NCBI GenBank assembly: GCA_964410585.1
Contig: CAYPFW010000001.1
Span: forward strand, 288,001-352,000
DNA length: 64,000 nucleotides
Reading direction: 5' to 3'
Source of the DNA: an uncultured archaeon
Lineage (GTDB): Archaea; Aenigmatarchaeota; Aenigmatarchaeia; QMZP01; JACQNV01
Both the position numbers and the translations under genes were made by a program. The notes beneath the pieces were generated by a model. The model saw only the letters and a program-made list of their open reading frames with translations, had not been told where the DNA came from and made no database searches. Shown piece by piece: positions 20,925-29,316 of the stretch. Within the stretch, counting starts at the first letter, position 1. Every line of letters starts with the position of its first letter.

Positions 20925-22718
20925 TTAGACTTCCTCCGTCTTTATTTTCGGATACACACCCATTGATTTCATTTCGTCCAATGTAAGTTTGAATGCATAT
21001 GATGTTTTTACCCATGCGATGTCTGAAGCTTCGCAGATGCTGCACGATGTTTTGTTTTTTATTTTATCATAAACTCCAAGCAAACCACATTTTTTGCAAA
21101 CTGGTATTTTTGTCTCATCAGATGAGAATCTTTCTTTAACAACAAGAGACACACCGTGTCCTATCAAACATTGCTGCTCCATTTCTCCTAATCTTAGACC
21201 ACCTCTTTTTGCTCGGCCTTCTGTTGGTTGCTTTGTCAAAAGTGTAACAGGACCTCTTGACCTTGCGTGGATTTTATTTGCAACCATATGGTCTAGTTTT
21301 TGGTAGTATGAAATTCCTGTAAATATTAAAACATCAAATTTCTTTCCTGTCCTTCCATCATACATGACTTGTTTTCCATCGTCCCTGAAACCAGCATCTT
21401 TCAAAACTTTCCTAACCTCTTCTTCTCTCATTTGGTTAAATGCTGTTCCACTTATTCTTTCGCCAAGGACTGCTGCGGCTTTTCCACCTATCAATTCTAG
21501 AAGCTGGCCGACTGTCATTCTTGATGGGATACCATGTGGGTTGAAAATTATATCTGGGATGACACCATTTCCTGTGAATGGCATATCCTCTTGAGGGACT
21601 AAAATGCTTACAACACCTTTCTGACCGTGCCTTGTTGCGAATTTGTCGCCGACTTCTGGGATTCTTTGATCCCTTATTCTAACCTTTATCATTTGGTTTC
21701 CATTTGTGTTTTCTGTAATCAGGATTTTGTCAACAATACCTTCTTCACCATATCTTACTGTGACTGAAGTTTCTCTTTTGTTTTCAATCTTAGCAACAAA
21801 CTCTTCACCAGAAAGAAATCGCAACGGAGAAACTTTAGCAATCAAAACAGAATCAGAAACAACATTAACCTCAGGATTAATAATACCATCTTCGGCAATA
21901 AACTTGTATGCTTCTTCTCCTCTATAACCTTTTACCTGAGGATCTGGAACAACTACTTCGTCTTCTTGTCCACCCCAATATCTTTTTATCACAGTTTCAT
22001 ATGTCCTGTAGTAGACTGATCTAAACAAGCCCCTTTCGACAGATGATTTGTTTATGACAACAGCATCGTTCACATTGAAACCATCATAAGACATGACAGC
22101 GACGACAACATTTTGCCCGTCATAGTTTGTTAAAATATCATATGTGTCAGTTGAAACAAGCGGAAGCTGCAAATAGTTTAGAGTGTTGAATTTTGTGTCT
22201 GTTCTTGTCAAGAAATTTGCAAATGGAAGACCGATAGCCTGACCTAACATTTTTGCACCATAATTGATTCTGTCTCCTCTGTTGTATTCTGGATACGGGA
22301 TCAAAGTAGCTGACAAACCAAACATTGACAGAGGATTTATTTCCAAGTGTGTGTGTTCTGGTGTGACGTCATCTGGATATAAGGCAATATAAGCGCCCTC
22401 TTCCTCTTCTGCATCAACATATTCCATCAAACCATTTTTTATTAAATCGTTCCATCCCCAGTCACCTTTTTCTATTCTTTTTATGTGATCTTGTGTGACC
22501 AAAGGTTTTCCTTTTTCAACAATAATCAAAGGTCTTCTTGCTCTTCCTGAATCTGTATTTATCCTGATTTCATCATACTCTTTGTAATATACAATGTTTA
22601 ACTGATCTGGAATTAAACACGCTCTTCTTTTTTCTTTTATTTCCTCTACAAATTTCTCAGGATTCTGAACTTCTCCTATAAACTTCCCGTTGTAGTAAAT
22701 GTCTGTTTTTGTTGCCAT
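20925..22718 (-). CDS. rpoB1: DNA-directed RNA polymerase subunit B' (Rpo2C)
   Basis: GDKFATRHGQKG, GGLRLGEME; start placed at MATKTD because the upstream extension runs into repeat DNA. Confidence 0.97.
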   Translation of the reverse strand: MATKTDIYYNGKFIGEVQNPEKFVEEIKEKRRACLIPDQLNIVYYKEYDEIRINTDSGRARRPLIIVEKGKPLVTQDHIKRIEKGDWGWNDLIKNGLMEYVDAEEEEGAYIALYPDDVTPEHTHLEINPLSMFGLSATLIPYPEYNRGDRINYGAKMLGQAIGLPFANFLTRTDTKFNTLNYLQLPLVSTDTYDILTNYDGQNVVVAVMSYDGFNVNDAVVINKSSVERGLFRSVYYRTYETVIKRYWGGQEDEVVVPDPQVKGYRGEEAYKFIAEDGIINPEVNVVSDSVLIAKVSPLRFLSGEEFVAKIENKRETSVTVRYGEEGIVDKILITENTNGNQMIKVRIRDQRIPEVGDKFATRHGQKGVVSILVPQEDMPFTGNGVIPDIIFNPHGIPSRMTVGQLLELIGGKAAAVLGERISGTAFNQMREEEVRKVLKDAGFRDDGKQVMYDGRTGKKFDVLIFTGISYYQKLDHMVANKIHARSRGPVTLLTKQPTEGRAKRGGLRLGEMEQQCLIGHGVSLVVKERFSSDETKIPVCKKCGLLGVYDKIKNKTSCSICEASDIAWVKTSYAFKLTLDEMKSMGVYPKIKTEEV

Positions 22719-23022
22719 AACCTTTTGTCCCAAAATAGGGAACCTGTTAGACAATTGTTTCCGGTTCCTCTAACCCTCCACTTTGTAAACTTTTGATCAA
22801 CCTTTTCTTAAAAGGTTGACAGGAGGCTAAAATCGTGTCTCCCCTTCGCAAAGTTGACACGAGACATCTCAACATCTTTTGCATTGGTGAGATGCTGAAA
22901 TTGCTCATTGCGATTCGCAATTTTTTTAAACGCCTTCCACTTTGTTAACCTCTAATTTCACCAATTGTTTTTGTATTGTAGTTTCTTTGAACGTTAAGGG
23001 CTTTCTTTTCTAAAGAAAGCGG
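22719..23022 (-). repeat. Composite repeat R2+R1(with nested R5)+R4 filling the rpoB''-rpoB' gap
   Basis: On the minus strand: GCTTTCTT/AAGAAAGC hairpin, GTGGAAGGCG...TTAGCCTCC stem, AACCTTTT/AAAAGGTT hairpin, GGAACC/GGTTCC hairpin; starts at the TAA and ends AAAAGGTT-ATG. Confidence 0.9.
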
Positions 23023-24492
23023 TTACTGGATATTGGTTCCTAACCTAATCATTTTCAATATTTTTTCATCTTCTTGTTCATCTAACCCTGGAGTGATTTC
23101 GCACAACAGAGCGAGATGTTTTCTCAAACCAATTGAAGATCCTTCTGGAGTTTCTGCTGGACACAAACGTCCGAATTCAGTTGGATGGATTTCTCTTGCT
23201 GAGAAATGTTCCTGTGTTGATGTAAGTGGTGATACAACTGATCTTAGGTGAGAAATCATTTTTGTGTAGCAGCTTCTGTCCAATCTTTGCGAGACACCTG
23301 TTCTTCCGCCAATCCAATTTCCTGTTGCCAAACTTGAGAGCAGTTGCTTTGTTACTGCATTTGCCTCTATAATCGCTTGCATAGAAGGTGTCTTTCCTCT
23401 TTTCACAAGTTTCTGATAATTGTATGTCATTTTTGCAATCAAGCCCCATCTACCTAAAAGGATAGATCTGAAAAGTTGACCAAGAAGTTCACCTGACATC
23501 AACAATCTTTTGTTTGCATAATGATCTATGTCGTCTTGTGGTGTTTCGCCCAAAGCAAGTTCAATTGTTTTTCTCACCAATCGTGCGAGGTATTTTGCTT
23601 TTGCAAGCCTGTTTGGGAACTCCTGTCCCAAGTGTGGGAATAAATATCTGTCTAAAAGCTGAGAGACTCTTTCCTTTCTGTAGTCTTCGGCTACTTTTAT
23701 TTTTCTTCCAATTGCATCAATAGCTTCTTCAACTGTCGTCGCCTCTGCCTCAAAAAGATTAATATATAATTCATTTAGAATGCTTGGATCATCTGAGATG
23801 TGCTGGCAAATTTCCTTGTCTGTTTCCAAACCAAGAGCCTTCAGTAGTGTGATTATTGAAAGCCTTCTTACATTTGCAAAAGAAATTGTTATCTCACCAT
23901 TTGGTCGCCTTTCAATTAAGTGTCTTTGTTTAAAGCCTGATCTTTCTGAATTCACTCTTGCGCTTACTGACTGACCATCTTTTTGGAAAATTGGCCTATT
24001 TGATCCGATTTCTTCAATTAAAACTAAAACTCTTTCTGTTCCATTAATGATGAAATATCCACCTGGATCAGAAGGGTCTTCATCAACATCTGCCAAAGCT
24101 TTTCCTGCCAAACCATTTGTTGTACAAAGCTTTGACCTAACCATTACAGGGAGCTCGCCTATGTTTACTTTTTCTGGCCTGTCCTCGACGCCGTCGTATA
24201 TTGGTGTGACATCAATCCACACAGGCGCTGTGTAAGTGATGTTTCTTATCCTTGCCTCGTTTGGATAAATTGAACGAACAGAGCCATCTGCTTCTTTTAT
24301 AATTGGTTTTCCTATTTCAACTTTTCCAAATTTTAATTGTAAATCTGTGCCTTCTGTTGTTAGTTTTATTGTTCCAATTTCACCAAGAATTTCAGCAATG
24401 CCTGTGTCGATAAATTTATTGTAAGAATCAATCTGATATTTAACCCAGCCCCTATCTTTTTCAAAAGCCTTAAGTAGCGTCTTAAACGTCAT
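23023..24492 (-). CDS. rpoB2: DNA-directed RNA polymerase subunit B'' (Rpo2N)
   Basis: DPGGYFIINGTERV, DDIDHYANKR, GRLCPAETPEG motifs. Confidence 0.97.
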   Translation of the reverse strand: MTFKTLLKAFEKDRGWVKYQIDSYNKFIDTGIAEILGEIGTIKLTTEGTDLQLKFGKVEIGKPIIKEADGSVRSIYPNEARIRNITYTAPVWIDVTPIYDGVEDRPEKVNIGELPVMVRSKLCTTNGLAGKALADVDEDPSDPGGYFIINGTERVLVLIEEIGSNRPIFQKDGQSVSARVNSERSGFKQRHLIERRPNGEITISFANVRRLSIITLLKALGLETDKEICQHISDDPSILNELYINLFEAEATTVEEAIDAIGRKIKVAEDYRKERVSQLLDRYLFPHLGQEFPNRLAKAKYLARLVRKTIELALGETPQDDIDHYANKRLLMSGELLGQLFRSILLGRWGLIAKMTYNYQKLVKRGKTPSMQAIIEANAVTKQLLSSLATGNWIGGRTGVSQRLDRSCYTKMISHLRSVVSPLTSTQEHFSAREIHPTEFGRLCPAETPEGSSIGLRKHLALLCEITPGLDEQEDEKILKMIRLGTNIQ

Positions 24493-24627
24493 AACCTTTT
24501 ATCCACGTTGTAAACTTTTTGCTCAAGCTTTTTCCTAAAAAGCTTGGGTTAATCAAAAACGGAGCCTAAAAATTTCCTCATTGCGATTCGGAAATTTTTT
24601 AAACGGCTTCCACTCCGACTAACCAAA
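24493..24627 (-). repeat. R1 module filling the rpoH-rpoB'' gap
   Basis: GTGGAAGCCGTTTAAA...CGAATCGCAATGAG...TTTAGGCTCCGTTTTTG then AAGCTTTTT/AAAAAGCTT hairpin; ends AAAAGGTT-ATG. Confidence 0.9.
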
Positions 24628-24867
24628 CTATAACACCAATCTGTAATATGTTGATTGGCCTGCTGTTGCTGATTTTCGTGTGATTCTGATAAGGTCTCCA
24701 GCTTTTGCATTCATGTGAGCTATGGCTGGATCATCTGAAAATATATGAGGAAGATTTTTTTCGCTGTTTATTTTCAATTGCTCTATAATAGATGTTTTTT
24801 CTTCAGCTGAAAGAAGTTCGTGCTTAGGAATTAGTTCGTGTTGAATTTGATTAATAATAAAGATCAC
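24628..24867 (-). CDS. rpoH: DNA-directed RNA polymerase subunit H (Rpo5); exact start uncertain
   Basis: HELIPKHELLS, LPHIFSDDPA, RKSATAG..YYR; first gene of the rpo operon. Confidence 0.93.
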   Translation of the reverse strand: MIFIINQIQHELIPKHELLSAEEKTSIIEQLKINSEKNLPHIFSDDPAIAHMNAKAGDLIRITRKSATAGQSTYYRLVL

Positions 24868-24999
24868 CTGAAAAGAGCCCCCAAAGTTGGATAGTTAATA
24901 GTATAGGCTAACAAATTTATAAATAATAAGAATAGCATGGGGATATATAAAGCTTTCCATTTTGTGCAAATTGATAAGATTGAGGGATTTGCAGGAAGG

Positions 25000-25650
25000 C
25001 TACTTATTGTTTGCTGACTTCTCTCTTTCAACATCAACAATTTTGTACATGTCGTCTTCCACCAAAACATATTGGCTATCTGTGAGAAGGATGATTTTGT
25101 TCCCCAAAACATAGGATGTTTTTAGCCTTTGATTGAAATAATCGTCCCTGAATTTTTCGCTTGCCCAATGCGGAAGCACTATAAAATCAACTAAACCAAA
25201 ACCTTCAAAGGATTTCATTTTATTTGCAAACTCCTCATGTTTGTCTTTTCTGGAAATTGATATATCTGGTGAAGCTATTATTGAGCCGGCACTAGAACCG
25301 ATGTATATGCCTCCATTTTCCACAAATTTTTTGATGAACTTGTCAAAACCGCTTTTCTGCGCCTGCAAAAGAAGATAGAAAGTGTTGCCACCATTCACAT
25401 GGATGACGTTGCATTTTCCCAAACCTTTTTCTATTTGCTCTGGAGTTTTTCCAGTTATTGTATAATCGAACACATCAAAACCAGCATCCGAGAGGCCCTT
25501 TCTGTCTCTTTTGAGCCATTCTAAATTATTTTTGTCATGGGTTTCAGAAGCGGTTGTTATGAAAGCTGTTTTTAGGTTTTTTCTTCCAATTTTTCTTGCT
25601 ATGTCTGCGCCTGTTTGATCTATACTAGAAGATAAAAAAAGTTTTTTCAT
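25000..25650 (-). CDS. Peptidase E (S51) family protein
   Basis: VNGGNTFYLL, YIGSSAGS, LPH motifs. Confidence 0.92.
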   Translation of the reverse strand: MKKLFLSSSIDQTGADIARKIGRKNLKTAFITTASETHDKNNLEWLKRDRKGLSDAGFDVFDYTITGKTPEQIEKGLGKCNVIHVNGGNTFYLLLQAQKSGFDKFIKKFVENGGIYIGSSAGSIIASPDISISRKDKHEEFANKMKSFEGFGLVDFIVLPHWASEKFRDDYFNQRLKTSYVLGNKIILLTDSQYVLVEDDMYKIVDVEREKSANNK

Positions 25651-25684
25651 AAAACGGGGCCGCAGTCTAGCTATTATGTTCGGA

Positions 25685-25790
25685 CGCCCACACCGGGATT
25701 TGAACCCGGGTCAAAGCCGTGACAGGGCTTTATGCATGACCGCGACCGTTATTTTATAACGGACATCTTAGGCCGCTACACTATATGGGC
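25685..25790 (-). tRNA. tRNA-Asp(GTC) with a 33-nt BHB intron at 21/22 (intron 25736-25768)
   Basis: Exons GCCCATATAGTGTAGCGGCCTA + GCATAAAGCCCTGTCACGGCTTTGACCCGGGTTCAAATCCCGGTGTGGGCG give a 73-nt cloverleaf; central helix GGCC/GGTC with bulges TA^A and AT^G. Confidence 0.92.
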
Positions 25791-25909
25791 AGTTTATCAG
25801 TTTCTAATTTGTTGAAAAGAAACAATTTTCCATCTGTTTCCAACCAAAACTATCTGTTATTTGATTTTTGCTATTTAAATAAACTGGTTAATAATATTAC
25901 TAATTTCAG

Positions 25910-26098
25910 GGGCCCGTAGCTCAGCCTGGCAGAGCGTCCGGCTTTTAATATTTCTGTTAAAAGCATGTATAGCGACTTTGTCGCGATGACAGAAACTAAA
26001 GATGCTCATCTTTGGCTGTAGATAGAGGACACCGGCATGATTTTGTTCTATTGTGGACAAATCCTGGATGGTCGTGGGTTCAAATCCCTCCGGGCCCG
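25910..26098 (+). tRNA. tRNA-Lys(TTT) with two introns: 37/38 (25948-26030, 83 nt) and about 44/45 (26038-26069, 32 nt)
   Basis: Acceptor stem GGGCCCG/CGGGCCC; BHB1 CTTT-TA^A / GAGG-AC^A; BHB2 CCGG-CA^T / CTGG-AT^G; 74-nt mature product. Confidence 0.88.
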
Positions 26099-26121
26099 TT
26101 TTATTTTTTCCCTAAACTTAT

Positions 26122-26796
26122 ATGAAAACCGTATCAAAACAAAATCAATGGAGCATTGTTTCCAAAGAATTACAAAATGAGAGCATCAAATTAAAATCAT
26201 ATGACAACACAATAATTTCTGCTTTGGGTGATATTAAAAACAAAAAAATTTTAGATTACGGCTGCGGTCCTGGGATTTTGGCTTATGTATTAAAAAATCT
26301 CGGTGCAAATGTTAAAGGATTTGACATCTCAGAAGAAATGATAAAAGCGTGTGGAGAAAAAATTGGGAAAGAAAATGTTTACAAAAATATTATTGAAATA
26401 CCAAAAAACCATTTTGATATAATAATTTGCAATCTTGTTTTATGTATAATTGAAGAACTAGAAGTAAAAACTGTTTGTGAAAATATATCAAAACTTTTGA
26501 ATAAAAAAGGGCTTGTGTATATTGGTTTTTGCAACCCAAAAATATTTAGTGTAAAAGAGTCTCAACTAGATTTCAGATTTCAAACAGGGAATAAATATGA
26601 AGAAAATCATATTTACAAAAAATTAAAGAAAGAAGGAAATTATGAAATTTTGGAGCTACACAGACCAATTGAGTGGTATGAGAAAGTTTACAAAGAAGCC
26701 GGTCTAAAACTTTTGGAAATTTTGTTTACACCAGAATATGAACTTAAAAGAAACAAAATAAACGATTTTGTGATATTCAAGCTTTGCAAAAACTGA
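26122..26796 (+). CDS. Class I SAM-dependent methyltransferase
   Basis: ILDYGCGPG motif I; GFDISEEMI. Confidence 0.9.
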   Translation: MKTVSKQNQWSIVSKELQNESIKLKSYDNTIISALGDIKNKKILDYGCGPGILAYVLKNLGANVKGFDISEEMIKACGEKIGKENVYKNIIEIPKNHFDIIICNLVLCIIEELEVKTVCENISKLLNKKGLVYIGFCNPKIFSVKESQLDFRFQTGNKYEENHIYKKLKKEGNYEILELHRPIEWYEKVYKEAGLKLLEILFTPEYELKRNKINDFVIFKLCKN

Positions 26797-26827
26797 AACA
26801 TTTTCTTTTGCAAAAATAATTAGTAAT

Positions 26828-27190
26828 GTAGTTTTCTTTGGGTACCTTACAGTTTTAAAGAATAAGTGAAAGGCGTAAATTTTTTCCGAATCGCAATGAG
26901 GAAAAATCTGCATCTCCTGGGTGCAAAGCTTGCAGAGATGTCGTGTGCTTGCACACGAGCTGTGAGCACATCTTGTGTTTCGCTGATGCTCACACAATCT
27001 CGTGAACTATTAACAGTTCACTCTGTTAGTTGGAGACACGAATTGGCCTTCCTTTTTAATTGACTTTTTGTAACAAAGTGTCATGTATATTTTCTGAAGC
27101 CAACTACATGTTTTCTTTTCCTAGAATTAGTTTGTAATTGTTTTCTCTTTGGGTTATAAGGCTTTCTCTTTTACAAAAGAGAAAGGGTAT
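26828..27190. repeat. Cluster of repeat modules (partial R2, R1 with nested R5-like hairpins, R2) between the methyltransferase and the 5S 3' end
   Basis: GTGAAAGGCGTAAA...CGAATCGCAATGAG (26866-26900); TGCATCTC...GAGATG; TTTGGGTTATAAGGCTTTCTCTTTTACAAAAGAGAAAGGGTAT near-identical to 12304-12343. Confidence 0.85.
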
Positions 27191-27191
27191 A

Positions 27192-27364
27192 ATGGCAGCT
27201 ATCTAGGGTTCCCACCTAAGCCGGAAACAATTGAAAATGAATTGGAGGGTATATGTCCGAATTAACTTTCAACATTTCATTCGGCAGTACAACCTAGACC
27301 GTCAGGACGTTTAACTTCCGTGTTCGAAAAGGGAACGGGTGTACCATCCCACTTTGGCCGCCTG
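27192..27364 (-). rRNA. rrf: 5S rRNA interrupted by a 62-nt BHB-bounded insertion (27218-27279)
   Basis: Helix I GGCGGC/GCTGCC; conserved ACCCGTTCCC...CGAACACGGAAGTTAA; GTACT...GGGAAC flanking helix IV; ends approximate. Confidence 0.9.
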
Positions 27365-27440
27365 AATAGTATATCGATATGGGATTTATATAGTTTGCGC
27401 TGTGGTCTTCTTGGTTTGATTTAGAACAAGTAGTAATTGT

Positions 27441-28004
27441 CTATGAGAACCTCGTATCCCACGTCAAAACAGCCAAATAGTACATGAAAAACAAGACAAG
27501 AAAAGGCAGCTCCTTGAACGATTTTGCAGTTGGGTTTATTATCATTTTTACACTATCTTTGCTTGTAAGTGCTTTAATCAAATTAGCTTCAACAGAAATC
27601 AGTTCTTTTTCTTTTGTCTCCAAAACATATTTTTGATTCAAAATTTTAGCTTGTCTTATTTTGAAAGTTCTGTTTTGTATTTTTATTTCCAGGTCTCTAT
27701 TTGTTTGGTAATATTCACAAGACACCAGAAGTTTTCCTGATTTTTTTGCTACAATTTTTCTGTTGAACAAAAGACCTTGGCGTTCGAAAGACCATTTTCC
27801 TTCTTTTGTTTGACCTTCTGCTTGAAAGTTTTTTGGTTTTTTCGAAAATTTTATTATTGATTTTTTCGAAGAAAGATATTCAGGTTTCCAGACAATTTTT
27901 GCAACAAGATCTTTTCCGCAAAAAAGTTCTTCTGGATTTTCTAAAGTAGCTCTCAAACCTTTCCAAATAAGCGGCTTTCCGATACAATCTTTGAGAATTT
28001 TCAT
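27441..28004 (-). CDS. Hypothetical protein (possibly LURP-one/tubby-like)
   Basis: 187 aa, beta-rich pattern with a C-terminal hydrophobic helix; fold is a guess. Confidence 0.65.
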   Translation of the reverse strand: MKILKDCIGKPLIWKGLRATLENPEELFCGKDLVAKIVWKPEYLSSKKSIIKFSKKPKNFQAEGQTKEGKWSFERQGLLFNRKIVAKKSGKLLVSCEYYQTNRDLEIKIQNRTFKIRQAKILNQKYVLETKEKELISVEANLIKALTSKDSVKMIINPTAKSFKELPFLVLFFMYYLAVLTWDTRFS

Positions 28005-28112
28005 CTATTTATTGTTGGGATTTGGTGAATAAATATACTGAAAGCTAGAAAAAGTATAAAGGAAGCCGCAAAAAATACAGCTCCATTTATTTGTGTATTT
28101 TTGATTTTGTAA

Positions 28113-28163
28113 AGTAGTTCTTTTGGGTGAACCTTAGCCTTTTCTTTCTAAGAAAAGGATCAG
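28113..28163 (-). repeat. R2 module after a stop codon
   Basis: CCTTTTCTTAGAAAGAAAAGGCTAAGGTTCACCCAAAAGAACTA, very close to 43449-43492 in the tRNA-Thr intron. Confidence 0.9.
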
Positions 28164-28167
28164 GGGC

Positions 28168-28443
28168 TTACTCACGCGTTTGTTCAACCACCTCTTTCCC
28201 TTCCCGAGTAATACAGTAGATGACGTCCATACTGAATTTCATCTCTTTTTCCCAGTCCCTACGAACTAGTCCATATTCAACGAGTTTTTGGAGTGAGTTT
28301 ACTGTTTTTGCTCCGCCTAGACTTACCCCTGTTAGCATTTGCCCCACTGACTGGTATTTGCTGAGATAAAACTGTTTTAGGACTTCAATGTCTCCTGTAT
28401 CCAAGAAAGGATCACTCTTCTGTTTCATCTCTACAAGTTTCAC
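28168..28443 (-). CDS. Winged-helix DNA-binding protein
   Basis: TVNSLQKLVEYGLVRR...YCITREGKEV pattern. Confidence 0.75.
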   Translation of the reverse strand: MKLVEMKQKSDPFLDTGDIEVLKQFYLSKYQSVGQMLTGVSLGGAKTVNSLQKLVEYGLVRRDWEKEMKFSMDVIYCITREGKEVVEQTRE

Positions 28444-28897
28444 AATACCACTCTCCTTCTACATTGCTTAGATAGTCTGACTCTTTTCCACACACATCGC
28501 AAGAACCTACATCTTTTGGTTTGATTCTGTTTTCTGTTATTGGCAAGGCATTACTTGAGAATAGCTCTGCGCCTTCAAAGTTGTAAAAGAAGAACATTTT
28601 ACTGAAGCTCGCTGCAAGCTCAGAGTCTTTTGTTTTTAGCCAATGAAACACTTCATGAGTATAACAATGTGGACATATTGATGTTTCGTTCAACAAATCA
28701 CATTTCAGACACGGCTCATAATTGTCCGGAGTTGTATGGATATAACTGCGGATACTCTCGTTAAACCCCTCAAAACTTTCTGATAGTGTTCTAGGCATCC
28801 ACTTCGAGACATTGTCTGACAAACAGTCAACGCACAAGAAATTCCATATTGGTTCCCTGCACAGCTGACATACTACAGCTTCCATTTGTTGCTCCAT
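28412..28897 (-). CDS. Cys-rich multi-Zn-finger hypothetical protein
   Basis: CQLC, CVDC, CLKC, CPHC, CDVC, CETC. Confidence 0.8.
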   Translation of the reverse strand: MEQQMEAVVCQLCREPIWNFLCVDCLSDNVSKWMPRTLSESFEGFNESIRSYIHTTPDNYEPCLKCDLLNETSICPHCYTHEVFHWLKTKDSELAASFSKMFFFYNFEGAELFSSNALPITENRIKPKDVGSCDVCGKESDYLSNVEGEWYCETCRDETEE

Positions 28898-28902
28898 AAA
28901 AT

Positions 28903-29040
28903 TAGCCGCACACCTTTCCTTGAACAAACATTCCAGTGAATGTTTTTCTTAGACTTTCTTTGCTTCTATACCGTTTTTTTTGGGTACGGTAGACTTTTTC
29001 TTTCTGAAAGAAAAAGGCTAGCAGGCTATCTCACCTCCTT
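28903..29040 (-). promoter_or_regulatory. Strong SD (AAGGAGGTGA, 29031-29040) separated from the ATG by a 126-nt self-pairing segment containing R2
   Basis: TAGCC/GGCTA and GCCTTTTTCTT/AAGGAAAGGT close the loop; R2 at 28970-29022. Confidence 0.55.
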
Positions 29041-29316
29041 ATTTTTGAATGGATTAAGTATCCATAGTAAACAATAGATGCTAGATTTATAAAGTATTTT
29101 TAAAATAATGTTAATATCTTGTTTGTCAAAATGGATATTTGATAAAAAATTAGAAACAAAATGTCAGATAAGCTTATAAATCTTTTTGTAATATTATAAA
29201 TTGTTTTGTAAGACTAAAAACCAATTGATAAAAGGGGTCAAAATAAATATGGCCTCTGTTGATTGGTTTTCAAAAAAGCCATTGTTTTTCCAGAGGAAGT
29301 TTGGGGGTTGAGATTA

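Noticed and set aside
22719-23022. Gap as an intron splitting a single rpoB
   Set aside because: The B''/B' split is a known natural arrangement, both halves have their own stop and start, and the would-be central helix (CCAG/AAGG) pairs poorly.
25875-26060. 61-aa minus ORF
   Set aside because: Antisense to tRNA-Lys and its introns.
26704-27063. Track ORFs 26704-26997 and 26866-27063
   Set aside because: They run through hairpin repeat DNA and have no protein-like features.
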